Shown: piece after piece, positions 8,701-17,227 of the stretch | Position numbering within the stretch: the stretch's first letter is position 1 | How the letters are laid out: each line of letters begins with the position of its first letter | The notes under the pieces: model-generated | What the model saw: the letters and a program-made list of their open reading frames with translations, nothing else | What the model was told of the DNA's origin: nothing | Database searches by the model: none | DNA from: Oligoflexales bacterium | Lineage (GTDB): Bacteria; Bdellovibrionota_B; Oligoflexia; Oligoflexales; CAIYRB01 | NCBI GenBank assembly: GCA_041736175.1 | Contig: JBGSUI010000202.1 | Location: 1-37,071, forward strand | DNA: 37,071 bases | Direction of reading: 5' to 3' | Translations under genes and position numbers: made by a program

Positions 8701-10578
8701 AGCGAATACCACAACTGATTGGACGATGCTGTTGCTTAAGCTCGATGTCATGGCCGTTATGGACTCGGCACTCTCGCCGCCAACGGCCAAGCCGGCACTG
8801 ATGGCCCCACCCACATTGGTGGCAAAAGATGTGAGGATAGAGGTTATTGAACCTGAAGATCCGTTGGTCGCAGAGGATTCATTGACCGCTGCGACGGCAT
8901 AGGTCGCCAAATCTGATACTTGGCTGCTAAGGCTTGTATTGTTTTGTCCCGCCAGGCCGCTGGCTGCACCGCGAGCCATGTCGGAGGCAAGGCTGACGAG
9001 CTTGGTGGAGTCTGACCCACCAAGTAGGGAGTTTGCAGTTGTGATCCCCGTATTCATGATTTGTTTTGACATTGCGGCGAATTTTTCTGGATCTTTGCTG
9101 AGATCAGCTGCGGCCTGGGTACCAGCCTTTGAAATCCCCTGGATCGCTGAGGATGCAAAGCTGGATTCTTGGCTGCTTATTTTGGAGATGGCCGTCACCG
9201 TGCCCGAAATCACCGAGCCAACAGCCTGGTTTCGAAGGGCTGTATCTTGGCCAAAAGCAGAATTTGCGAGAGCTTTGACGGCTGATCCTGTCACTTCCGA
9301 TAGCATTTTGACCATATCGGCATTCGAAGCTGAACTCTGCGCTGCTTGTGAGGCGACTGTCACGACCATGATCTTGACGATCCCTGTGGTTCCGCTGCCG
9401 GATTTTGTGGCGACAGCATCGACTGCGGCGATAGACCCAGCGACGATGCCCGCGGTCACTTTGGCAAAGAGATCGTTGGGAGACTTTGCCGCGGTCTCTG
9501 CCACGACTTGGCTGGCTGCACCCATCAGCTTTTCGAGACCCGATAAATTGTCGGATGCAGCCGTCACGTTAGACATCGCTCTTGTGGTGAGAGTTGTCAG
9601 GTTTTCGATGGATTTTACCAGATCGGCCTGACTGCCTTCTTGGGCCATCGCAACCTTTACGGAGGCCGTGGTGACAGAAAGGATTGCCGACATGGACTGG
9701 GCTGCGGAAACGCCTGTTGCTCCAAGCCCAGAAATGGCTGAGGAAGCCACGATTCCAATCGATTCGCCGGCAAGACTCGTACCCTTTGTGATTTCCTTTG
9801 CCCCTGATAAACCAGTCTGTGTGAGAGCTACCACCGTGTTACCTGTTGCCTCAGCAGACAATCCTGCTTCATCCAAAGCTCCTACAGCTTTCTCCATGAC
9901 TTTAGACATGCTTTTCAGGAGGTCTGTTCCCCCAAGGCCCGAGGTCGGAAGACTTGTGATGAGTGTACTGACCAGGTTATTGGCAACCTGGGAGAGTCCT
10001 GAGTCGGATAATTTCTGTGGTGATACCGTTATCGAAGAGATCACGGAAGTGGAAAGAAATCCGACCGTATTTTGTTTCATATCTGCCGGTAAAGTCTTTA
10101 ACTGGTCGTTACCTAAAGATAACACAGCACCACGCGCCACAGCCGAGCCAAGCTTAGACACCAGGTCTACGTTTTGGTCCATAAGACTGAATTCTCGACC
10201 ATGATCCTGCGCCATAGACCAGTTGTGAAGAGTGCTGATGACAACTTTGCTCGCCTCGGCACGCATTTCCTTTTTGGCCTCTCCAGCTACAAGAAGAATC
10301 TGCTCATTTGTAAGGCCGCTGGACTTTAGGTCCGTCTCAAGGCGAGTTACGATTTGCTCGCCTACCATAAGCGCTAAAGATCCAGCCGTTCCCGAGTGAG
10401 GCGATGTGACTACTGGAGAAGGAAACAGATTTTGGTTCACATTCTTCGTGACAAAAGAGCCGCTCGTGGCGTCCCCAAAAGGACTCTTTGTGCAACCATT
10501 GACGATGAGTGTCAGTCCAAGGACCCAGTCCCATCGTCTGGTAGAGAATACAAACCAATTTATGTTGAATAAGTTCAT
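5725..10578 (-). CDS. Giant surface lipoprotein: Ser/Ala/Gly-rich N-terminal region, six Ig-like repeats, C-terminal RCC1-like beta-propeller
   Basis: Lipobox-like VNG-C; six ~90-aa repeats; seven repeats of the form HxCAILDNxxLKCWGxNxxGQLG...MGDNLxxVxLGTGRT. ATG 10578 lies 8 nt after GGAG (ORF track starts at 10587). Confidence 0.85.
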   Translation of the reverse strand: MNLFNINWFVFSTRRWDWVLGLTLIVNGCTKSPFGDATSGSFVTKNVNQNLFPSPVVTSPHSGTAGSLALMVGEQIVTRLETDLKSSGLTNEQILLVAGEAKKEMRAEASKVVISTLHNWSMAQDHGREFSLMDQNVDLVSKLGSAVARGAVLSLGNDQLKTLPADMKQNTVGFLSTSVISSITVSPQKLSDSGLSQVANNLVSTLITSLPTSGLGGTDLLKSMSKVMEKAVGALDEAGLSAEATGNTVVALTQTGLSGAKEITKGTSLAGESIGIVASSAISGLGATGVSAAQSMSAILSVTTASVKVAMAQEGSQADLVKSIENLTTLTTRAMSNVTAASDNLSGLEKLMGAASQVVAETAAKSPNDLFAKVTAGIVAGSIAAVDAVATKSGSGTTGIVKIMVVTVASQAAQSSASNADMVKMLSEVTGSAVKALANSAFGQDTALRNQAVGSVISGTVTAISKISSQESSFASSAIQGISKAGTQAAADLSKDPEKFAAMSKQIMNTGITTANSLLGGSDSTKLVSLASDMARGAASGLAGQNNTSLSSQVSDLATYAVAAVNESSATNGSSGSITSILTSFATNVGGAISAGLAVGGESAESITAMTSSLSNSIVQSVVVFAPTVDTTSLGQQVTAQTKPGATSAPTVPMEVPAPPLMVIASGAARTPISTVSLALSATNASEMYITNSIGCSVGGIWETFSTTKIWNLAQANSLATVYAKVRNQVGSESPCISASILHDNLGPIGPSVVINAGAPATNTTLVSLALSASEASEMYLTNTPGCSSGSTWETYSSTKTWTLGQTNGTATIYAKFRDQVGNESSCTSASIMHDGSMPTVTSIFINAGAATTSTTAVTLSIAALGATQMFITNNADCSTGGSWTTLNASNPWTLAQTNALATVYVKVRNAFLVESACIPTSIIHDNTAPNPGAIAINSGAGMTASVAVSLSFNANDAISMYITNTAGCNTGGGWENYGTTKSWTLGQTNGVATVYAKFLDSIGNESSCISSSITHDSTAPQTPEVIINNYNSLTSSPSVTLTLNVSDATEMYITHTAGCSTGGVWETYTSTRTWTLPSLNSTNYVYAKFRDLAGNESSCDSDDIIHDDTPPGSIGISINSGATSTQSYNVSLSLSATGASHMYLTNNPGCSGGGSWESFSATKPWVLGQGGGSATVYAKFKDLAGNVSSCTSDSITSTAPAVLAISGGDRFSCAILTGGVLKCWGLNWDGKLGSEDGTMYGNSANSMGANLPAVNLGTGRTVVKVSTGLSHSCAILDNGQVKCWGSCLYGQLGKVCTDFIGDASAEMGDNLTPVDLGTGRTAREISAYGNHTCAVLDNYSLKCWGKNAFGQLGLGDNVDRGDHAGEMGDNLPTVNLGTGRTAKSVAAGVYLTCAILDNDSLKCWGHNGNGPLGRGDTQQIGDQGGQMGDNNTGVNLGTGRTAKAVVAGDRHICVQLDNDTVKCLGENTYGQLGISTNTNIGDSPGEIGDSLNASLVGTGRSVVKIAGGYRNTCVILDNGALKCWGPNGDGQLGLGDTALRGNAPGQMGDNLPTIDLGIGRTAINATVGSNHVCAVLDHGGVKCWGYGFFGTLGQSNTADVGKIPNQMGDYLLPIDL
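6978..8605 (-). repeat. Six tandem ~90-aa two-Cys repeats (INxGAxxTxSxxVxLxLxAxxAxEMYITNxxGCxxGGxWExY...ATVYAKFRDxxGNESSCxSxSIxHD)
   Basis: Aligned by eye in the translation; boundaries approximate. Confidence 0.9.
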
Positions 10579-10675
10579 TCTGCACACTCCATATATTGTA
10601 AATCAGTGTATTTTTTGGAACTACCAGCCCGTCGGTCTCGAGGCATGACTGCGGAGCGCCACTGTAAAAGCACCA

Positions 10676-10703
10676 TCGGTATAATTTTTTAAAATTATAC
10701 CGA
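10676..10703. promoter_or_regulatory. Perfect palindrome TCGGTATAATTTT-TT-AAAATTATACCGA, candidate operator
   Basis: 13-bp arms with a 2-nt spacer, ~100 bp upstream of the giant lipoprotein start. Function is inferred. Confidence 0.5.
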
Positions 10704-10800
10704 AAATTTATAACTATCTGAAATACATTGGAAATATAAGATTATTTATTGAAGTGTATCCTAAGATTTAGGACACTCTAGTGCCTGTAAAATAGGAAGA

Positions 10801-12006
10801 TTAGGCAAGGCCGCTAGCTTTCGCTTTTTTGAGGTGAGCAATGGCACCGTCAAGACCTTCGAGCGAGAGGGGATACATGTCCTTAAAGACCCTGCGGACG
10901 AGCTGGTTGGAAGGCCGCTGCCAAAAACCCACGGGCTCGGGGTTAAGCCATACGGAGCAGGGGAAATGCTGACGCAAGCGGGCCAACCAAACAAGTCCCG
11001 GCTCCTGATTGCGTTCGAAATAGTCGATCGCTCCTCCCACCTCCGTGAGCTCGTAGGGAGACATTGCCGCGTCCCCTACGACGATCAGCATCCAAGAGCG
11101 ATCCAGCTCCCGAAGCACCGAGAGTGTGGGGACCGATTGGCCCTGCTCCAGATCTAGATAGAGATGATCATAGGGACAATTATGGAAGAAATAAGGACGA
11201 AACTGTTTAAAATGAGATCCCTGGTGGGCTGCTGAAAAAAGCTGCTCGCACACCCGCGCATGGTCGGTCATCGATCCACCCACATCCATCAGGAGAAGGA
11301 GCTTAAGGTTGTTTTCCAACTCCGACCTAAACACCAAGTCAATCTCGCCCGCGTTTTTGCCCGTCGCCTCGATGGTTCCTTCAAGATCAAGTTCTTGGGC
11401 ATGCCCCTCCCGGACCCAATGCCTCAGCTTGCGCAAGGCCACGCCGATCTGGCGGGTATCTAGAGTGAGGTCGCTGCGGTAGTTCTTAAACTCCCGTCTT
11501 TCGGCAATCTGCACCGCACTCCGTTGGACTCCCTCTCCCCCCACGCGGATCCCCGCAGGGTTGAAGCCGTGATGACCAAACGGGCTGGTCCCGCCAGTCC
11601 CCACCCAATGACTGCCCCCGTCATGACGCTCTTTTTGTTCTTTAAGCCGCTCTAAAAATTGTTTGTTTAACTCCCTAAACTCAAGAGCTTTAAGCATGGC
11701 TGACTCTTCCACAGTCAGAGAGCGCTTTAAGCTGGGATTCTTAAGCCATGCGGCAAGCTCTGGGGGAAGTTCTCCGTGGGGTGTTGTTGCAGATTCGATA
11801 CCTTCGAAAAAGCTGGAAAAAGCACGGTCAAAAACATCAAAGTCAAACTCCGAACGACAGCATATGGCCCGGGCCAGGTAGTAAAACTTGGTCAGAGATT
11901 CGCCCCCATGTCCCCGCTCAAGGGCCTTGAGCAGGACCTGCCACTCCTGGGTCGCGACCTTGAGGCCATAGTCCCTCAGGTGATAGAGAAAGGGTGTGAA
12001 CATCAC
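10801..12006 (-). CDS. VWA-domain CoxE-like protein, partner of MoxR
   Basis: MIDAS-like MDVGGSM, HDGGSHWVGTGGTSPFGHHG, FFHNC, VGDAAMSPYEL, WLNPEP; RBS AAGGAGG; directly downstream of the MoxR gene. Confidence 0.9.
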   Translation of the reverse strand: MMFTPFLYHLRDYGLKVATQEWQVLLKALERGHGGESLTKFYYLARAICCRSEFDFDVFDRAFSSFFEGIESATTPHGELPPELAAWLKNPSLKRSLTVEESAMLKALEFRELNKQFLERLKEQKERHDGGSHWVGTGGTSPFGHHGFNPAGIRVGGEGVQRSAVQIAERREFKNYRSDLTLDTRQIGVALRKLRHWVREGHAQELDLEGTIEATGKNAGEIDLVFRSELENNLKLLLLMDVGGSMTDHARVCEQLFSAAHQGSHFKQFRPYFFHNCPYDHLYLDLEQGQSVPTLSVLRELDRSWMLIVVGDAAMSPYELTEVGGAIDYFERNQEPGLVWLARLRQHFPCSVWLNPEPVGFWQRPSNQLVRRVFKDMYPLSLEGLDGAIAHLKKAKASGLA

Positions 12007-12014
12007 CGCCTCCT

Positions 12015-12857
12015 TTAAAACCGTCCTGGGCGTTGGGACCTTAAGACCCCAGCACGGAGCGCCATAAGATCACTCTCTTTTTTAAGGAGAACCCCCAAAA
12101 AGGGCAACTCCTTCTCGATTTTTTTGCTGTCGATGCCCCCCCTCACCAAGGCTCCGATCCAATCGATGAGTTCGCTGGTGCTTGGTTTTTTGCGGATTTC
12201 CTCTTGGTCTCTGAGCCAATAGAAACGCACCAGGCATTGGGAGACCAACTTATCTTCCACATGGGGATGATGGACTTTAAGGATCTCACGCATCTCCTGT
12301 TCTTTAGGAAAAGCGATATAGTGAAAGATACAGCGCCGTAAAAAAGCATCGGGCAACTCTTTTTCGGCATTAGACGTGATCACAAACACCGGACGCTTTA
12401 CTGCCTGGACGGTCTCGCCGGTTTCGGGGATATAAAAACTCATAGCGTCTAGTTCGTGAAGGAGGTCGTTGGGAAACTCCAGGTCGGCCTTGTCGATTTC
12501 GTCGATCAGGACCAAACTACGGCTGGGCCGCTTAAAGGCCTGTCCCAAAGGTCCGAGCTTTATATAGTGGCCGATATCTTTAACATCACCGGTCCCAAAC
12601 CGAGAGTCATTAAGCCGCTGAACCGTATCGTAAACATACAAACCATCTTGGGCTTTGGTGGTGGACTTTACATGCCAGGTCACCAGGGGCAACTCTAACG
12701 CCTCGGCGACGGCATAGGCGAGGAGGGTTTTCCCGGTTCCAGGTTCGCCTCGAATCAGAAGCGGGCGCTCTAGATCGGTAGCCACATTGACGATCTCCCG
12801 CAGCTCGGGGGATGCGATGTATTTTTGGGTGCCGGCAAAAACTTTGTTAACGCTCAT
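12015..12857 (-). CDS. MoxR-family (CoxD-like) AAA+ ATPase
   Basis: Walker A GEPGTGKT, Walker B LIDEIDKAD, FPNDLL, ITSNAEKELPDAFLRRC, KKPSTSELIDW. Confidence 0.92.
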   Translation of the reverse strand: MSVNKVFAGTQKYIASPELREIVNVATDLERPLLIRGEPGTGKTLLAYAVAEALELPLVTWHVKSTTKAQDGLYVYDTVQRLNDSRFGTGDVKDIGHYIKLGPLGQAFKRPSRSLVLIDEIDKADLEFPNDLLHELDAMSFYIPETGETVQAVKRPVFVITSNAEKELPDAFLRRCIFHYIAFPKEQEMREILKVHHPHVEDKLVSQCLVRFYWLRDQEEIRKKPSTSELIDWIGALVRGGIDSKKIEKELPFLGVLLKKESDLMALRAGVLRSQRPGRF

Positions 12858-12953
12858 TGGATCACCACGTCGAAACTTGTGAAGTTGGTCGAGGCCAACC
12901 TCTAAAACTAACGGACGTTGCCTCCTTTGTCTAGAGACGAGAGCCTTAAAACA

Positions 12954-13559
12954 TTAAAAATCCTCGTTGACGCGCCCACGGTAGACCAGGGGCTGCCCAT
13001 CACCCTGGTATTCAAATAGAAACAAAGAACCATTTGGTATCGTCACTTTGGCGCGGTCTTTAAGGCCGCACATCTGGAGAAAGGTCCTAATCACCCCCCC
13101 ATGGGTGGCGAGTCCAACCCGCTGGTCTTGGGCGGGGTCCAGAAGATCGGCCAGAGCCTGGTGGGCGCGGCGTAACATCTGGCGTTTGGATTCGCCTCCG
13201 GGAAAACTAAAGTCCAAGTCCGCATCATCTGTAGAACGAATCTTACACTGGGCCTGGGTTCCAAATTTAAGACCAATCTCCTCAAACGTCAGCCCCTCGG
13301 CCTCGCCAAACCCAAGCTCCCTAAAACCAAAGTGTGACACAAGCGGACAACCAAGAGCCTTCGCCACAACAGCACCGGTCTCCAAGGCGCGGGATAAATC
13401 CGAGGCGATGATCTTCGTCAACTTCAAATTCTTCAGCAAGGGAACCAGCTCCTCCGCCTGGGAGCGCCCTTTTTTGTTGAGGGGAATATCCGTATGCCCC
13501 TGCCAACGCATATCTCGGTTCCAATCGGTTTCACCATGGCGGAAGACATAAATCTCCAT
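12954..13559 (-). CDS. Histidine phosphatase (phosphoglycerate mutase / CobC-like) family protein
   Basis: RHGETDWN, QGHTDIPLN, SDLSRA, FGEAEG, THGGVIR; RBS AGGAG. Confidence 0.92.
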   Translation of the reverse strand: MEIYVFRHGETDWNRDMRWQGHTDIPLNKKGRSQAEELVPLLKNLKLTKIIASDLSRALETGAVVAKALGCPLVSHFGFRELGFGEAEGLTFEEIGLKFGTQAQCKIRSTDDADLDFSFPGGESKRQMLRRAHQALADLLDPAQDQRVGLATHGGVIRTFLQMCGLKDRAKVTIPNGSLFLFEYQGDGQPLVYRGRVNEDF

Positions 13560-13720
13560 AAACAGCTCCTACGAATCAAAAGGCCGGGCTTTTTAATGAT
13601 TCTACCATCGACTTGGATATTTAGGGATGGATTCATTTGTTTATTCATTAAAAATGGAAGGTTATCAACAGATGGGCAAAAATTGCTTAAGGTTTGACGA
13701 AACCAGACGAAAGAAAGTTT

Positions 13721-14290
13721 ATGGTCAAAAACAACCTAAAAACAAAAAAAATAATAGAAGCGCTGATTTTTGGTGCACTCACTCTTGGTTGGATCTGGGC
13801 CTTGCCCCTATCAGCCGCAGGTCTATCAGTGGGGCTGATCGCCGTGGAAGAAGGCGGTGATCAATTTCGCCCCGGTGCCACCGCAGTCTTAAGGCCCTGG
13901 GACGGAGCTTTTCTCGATTTGTCCCTTTGGGGCCGCGAGTATGGCAAGGTCGTGGAAAGGAGCGGACTCCTCGCAGCGGGCGGCGAAGCCCAAGTGAAAG
14001 GGATCCTTTATATCCGGTTTGGGGGGTCTATCCTAGCTGAGTCGACTAGGATCAAAGAAGCCAAAACGAATCCTGATAGCCTCACTGACTCAGAAAAAAG
14101 TGATTTTAGCGAGACCAGCTATGCCCCAGGATTTATGGTGGGGTCATCCCTTAAGATTTTAAACTCGGGCCCAATCCAAGTGGAAGCCCAATGGAACTCC
14201 CATGTCTACCCAGCGGGGGTTGCGGGAGGGCTTTTTTTGGCCCATGGGCGGCGTCAGACCTTTACGATCTTGGGGGGTATCGATTTATGA
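13721..14290 (+). CDS. Putative small outer-membrane beta-barrel protein
   Basis: Signal peptide ending near LSA-A; Gly/aromatic amphipathic strands; C-terminal TILGGIDL; ATGA overlap with the next gene. Confidence 0.6.
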   Translation: MVKNNLKTKKIIEALIFGALTLGWIWALPLSAAGLSVGLIAVEEGGDQFRPGATAVLRPWDGAFLDLSLWGREYGKVVERSGLLAAGGEAQVKGILYIRFGGSILAESTRIKEAKTNPDSLTDSEKSDFSETSYAPGFMVGSSLKILNSGPIQVEAQWNSHVYPAGVAGGLFLAHGRRQTFTILGGIDL

Positions 14291-14733
14291 TCTATCTCCT
14301 ACTAGGGTTTGTTATGGGAGTGTTTTTCGCTCACGGAACGGTTGCCCAAGCGGGAAGCTCCCACTCCCTTAAGTTTGGTCCCAGCGGCTTGGGAAACGGT
14401 GGCACCAATCCGATCGACATTCCACCGAATGGGGGCCAAATAGAATACACCTATGTCTCAGATGGCGGCGTTGAAACCAATATAGGGCTCGTTCCTGGAA
14501 TCCTGGTCGGGGGACGGATGGAGCGGGGCTCTTGGTACATGAGCCTTGGGGGAGGGCTGTTGGTGGATGCCATCGGTGTTGGTTTCGGTGTCTACAATGG
14601 TTTTGGCTATGTGACCGGCAGCGGACCAGGTTGGCACTGGAATTTTGAGTATAAACAGTCCATCGCGCCAGATCTTGAAGGCGGCGGGTTTATCACCCCT
14701 TCTGCAGCGAGGGTCGGGATTATTTGGAAATAA
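14287..14733 (+). CDS. Putative small Gly-rich outer-membrane beta-barrel protein
   Basis: ATG 14287 overlaps the previous stop; signal peptide ending AQA-G; strands such as WYMSLGGG and WHWNFEYK; C-terminal RVGIIWK. Confidence 0.65.
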   Translation: MIYLLLGFVMGVFFAHGTVAQAGSSHSLKFGPSGLGNGGTNPIDIPPNGGQIEYTYVSDGGVETNIGLVPGILVGGRMERGSWYMSLGGGLLVDAIGVGFGVYNGFGYVTGSGPGWHWNFEYKQSIAPDLEGGGFITPSAARVGIIWK

Positions 14734-14748
14734 GGAGAGGTGTTATCA

Positions 14749-15534
14749 ATGCTAAATAGATTTGGTGCAAAATCAGGGGCTCTCGCTTTTGTGTATTTTT
14801 TGTGCACTGGATTTGTTCTCATATCTAAACAAGAAGCTAAACTCGACACGTCTCGTGGTCCCGTGGTTTTCAAATGGTCTGGTAAAGCCACTAAGGTCAC
14901 AGAGCTTGAGAAATTTGAAGATGGCCGACTAGTCGGTCTCACGCCAGAGGAGGTTACAAAAGCTCTGCTGGAAGAATCCATGGATACTTGGAATAAAATT
15001 GCTGGAAGCACTGCCAAGCTGGTCCTAGAGGTGGATGAGACCGCAAAGGAAGACCTGGAAGATCTGAAACATTCCATCGTTGTCGGATCCCAAGGACCTA
15101 CGGTCGCAGCCTCAGCAAGACCCAATAGTCCCGTCAATGCCGAGTTAGGACAAGACGGCAAAACAATCACCGATTGTGACATTATCCTTGGAAGCCAAGA
15201 GACCAGTGCCGCCTCCCTTTTGTCAACCATCGTCCATGAACTGGGACATTGTTTAGGGCTAGGACACTCCCATGCCAACTACAACACCATTATGGGCTAC
15301 TCAAGAACAACCTCCAGTGCCAAACTCGGGGCTGACGATATCGCCGGGATCCTTTATCTCTATCCCGAAGAAGGTGTCACCAGTGAGGACGGGCGGATAA
15401 AACCTGATGTAAAAGAGTTGGTCCCGATCTCTTGCGGCAGTATAGGACCCAAAGCCCAGGGAAAGGTTGCTGTGATCTTTTTAATGGTCCCTATTCTGAT
15501 GGCTTTGGTGTTAAGACGCCAACTTGAGCGTTAG
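14749..15534 (+). CDS. Matrixin (M10-like metzincin) metalloprotease with C-terminal membrane anchor
   Basis: HELGHCLGLGH zinc motif, Met-turn TIMGY, LGADDIAGILYLY; C-terminal SCGSIG, hydrophobic helix and RR; RBS AAGGAGAGG. Confidence 0.88.
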   Translation: MLNRFGAKSGALAFVYFLCTGFVLISKQEAKLDTSRGPVVFKWSGKATKVTELEKFEDGRLVGLTPEEVTKALLEESMDTWNKIAGSTAKLVLEVDETAKEDLEDLKHSIVVGSQGPTVAASARPNSPVNAELGQDGKTITDCDIILGSQETSAASLLSTIVHELGHCLGLGHSHANYNTIMGYSRTTSSAKLGADDIAGILYLYPEEGVTSEDGRIKPDVKELVPISCGSIGPKAQGKVAVIFLMVPILMALVLRRQLER

Positions 15535-15641
15535 CGCACCATAAGAGCTGAGATTGCCGCATGCCATTCTTTGGCGGACTTCTCCCCAGGTCTTTGTCAA
15601 GTGAGCGGATCAAAACGCTTCCACAGGTACACCTTTGATGT

Positions 15642-16982
15642 TCAATCACCGATTTTACTGCTCCAACCTGCAAGATAAAGCGGCAGATGGAGAGTTTTTG
15701 TCTCTTTTTGGTACTGTATATTATGAGCACTGATTTTAATGGCCAATGGTGGCTCATATAGTTTCTGAAATTGCTGCAAACTTTTTGCTTGGGTGCGATG
15801 GCCTGCTTTGACTTCGATGGGAATAACTCTTCCCTGGTACGGTCGAATGAATTCGATTTCCGAGGTGCGCTCGCTCCAGCTATAAAGCGGCCAAAGCCGC
15901 TGATTGTGCGCTGCGCGTAATTCTTGCGCGACAAAATTTTCGGCAAAGAATCCTTTAGCCAAGCCATAATCTTGTTTTATGAGGATGTCGGGAGCTAGAT
16001 TTTGTGCGCATCCTAACAGGCCGACATCGTGCATATATAGTTTGAAAATATTGTCCTTACAAAAATGTTCTATCGGTAGTTCTGTGGCAGAAGACAGTTT
16101 TGTTTGGAGTGCAATACCAGCATTGATTAGCCAATGAAGTGGACGTTCCCACGAGGCAAAGCCTTTTTTGCCTGACAATACATCATTAAACTTAAATCTC
16201 TGCACGGAATCATTCTGTGCGCTGGCAAGTTGTTTAGGAATATTTCGATAGAGTGCTTGGATATGAACAGCGTTAAGCTTTCCTGCGTGTTTGGCAAAAT
16301 CGTTTTCGTATGTTTGGAGCAGATCCCGCTGGACATTACGGACTTGCTCAAAAGCATTGTGCAGGTCGAGGGCGTGACGCTTATAAGTGCTTACAGCCTC
16401 GGGCATCCCTCCTACTACATAATATATTTTAAGCATATTCCAAAGATGCTCGTGTATTAAGGAGGGCACTTGCGCATTGAGTGACGGTGTGGGCAACCAC
16501 TCGTGAGATTTACGATCATCAATAGCCGCTAAAAATTCATTAAAATTCATTGGATGTAAATGCAAGAAAGTAACTTTTCCTACTGGAAAAGACTCCTCGC
16601 TTAAGATGACTCCCAATAGCGATCCTGCAGTGCATATAGCGAAATCAGGAAGGTCCTCACAAAAATATTTTAGTGACGTAAGGGCCTTAGGAGCAGCTTG
16701 AATTTCATCCAAAATAAGTAAATCTTGGGTTGGATCAATGGAGTTTTGTAATAGAAAGGCGATTTCGCGAATCATGCGACCTACATCAAAATCGCTTTCA
16801 AAGATGGTCGCTGCCTGTGGAGTTTTTTCAAAGTTTATGTAGTGAACTTTTGAAAAAGACTTGCCGCCCCACTCCTTGAGTAGGTAGGTTTTGCCGACTT
16901 GGCGTGCCCCTTTGATAATAAGCGGCTTGCGTGGATGACTCAGGCGCCAATCGTCTAAATTATTTTGTAATTCTCTATACAT
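15642..16982 (-). CDS. AAA_14 ATPase with DUF4143 C-terminal (PD-(D/E)XK-like) domain
   Basis: GARQVGKT, ILDEIQ, AGSLLG, VGGMPE, KLYMHDVGLL, ENFVAQEL, EIEF...PIEVKAG; ATG 16982 after a G-rich RBS. Confidence 0.9.
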   Translation of the reverse strand: MYRELQNNLDDWRLSHPRKPLIIKGARQVGKTYLLKEWGGKSFSKVHYINFEKTPQAATIFESDFDVGRMIREIAFLLQNSIDPTQDLLILDEIQAAPKALTSLKYFCEDLPDFAICTAGSLLGVILSEESFPVGKVTFLHLHPMNFNEFLAAIDDRKSHEWLPTPSLNAQVPSLIHEHLWNMLKIYYVVGGMPEAVSTYKRHALDLHNAFEQVRNVQRDLLQTYENDFAKHAGKLNAVHIQALYRNIPKQLASAQNDSVQRFKFNDVLSGKKGFASWERPLHWLINAGIALQTKLSSATELPIEHFCKDNIFKLYMHDVGLLGCAQNLAPDILIKQDYGLAKGFFAENFVAQELRAAHNQRLWPLYSWSERTSEIEFIRPYQGRVIPIEVKAGHRTQAKSLQQFQKLYEPPLAIKISAHNIQYQKETKTLHLPLYLAGWSSKIGD

Positions 16983-17041
16983 ATCACACGTCCCCCCATT
17001 TTTTGAGTTAAGGGTCAAATCCTATTGTACCCATTTTTAGG

Positions 17042-17093
17042 AAAAAGTCGTACCACTATTTCTTAAAAGATAGACAAAGTGGTACGACTTTTT
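17042..17093. promoter_or_regulatory. Perfect 16-bp inverted repeat AAAAAGTCGTACCACT / AGTGGTACGACTTTTT
   Basis: Arms at 17042-17057 and 17078-17093 with a 20-nt spacer; 60 bp upstream of the DUF4143 ATPase start and downstream of DAHP synthase. Could be an operator or a terminator. Confidence 0.6.
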
Positions 17094-17227
17094 TAGTGGC
17101 CAATATTGGGAGATTTTAACGCTTTGCAGCTCGCCAGGTATTCCTATGATCCCAACCCTGGTCAAAGTGGGCTATGACAGGACGACCAAAATGCTGTGAC
17201 GCTCCTAACTTATTTTTGGACAGATCC

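Noticed and set aside
8417..10204. Long plus-strand ORFs (161, 230 and 178 aa)
   Set aside because: Antisense shadows of the low-complexity giant lipoprotein; no motifs. The same applies to most short ORF-track entries inside larger genes.
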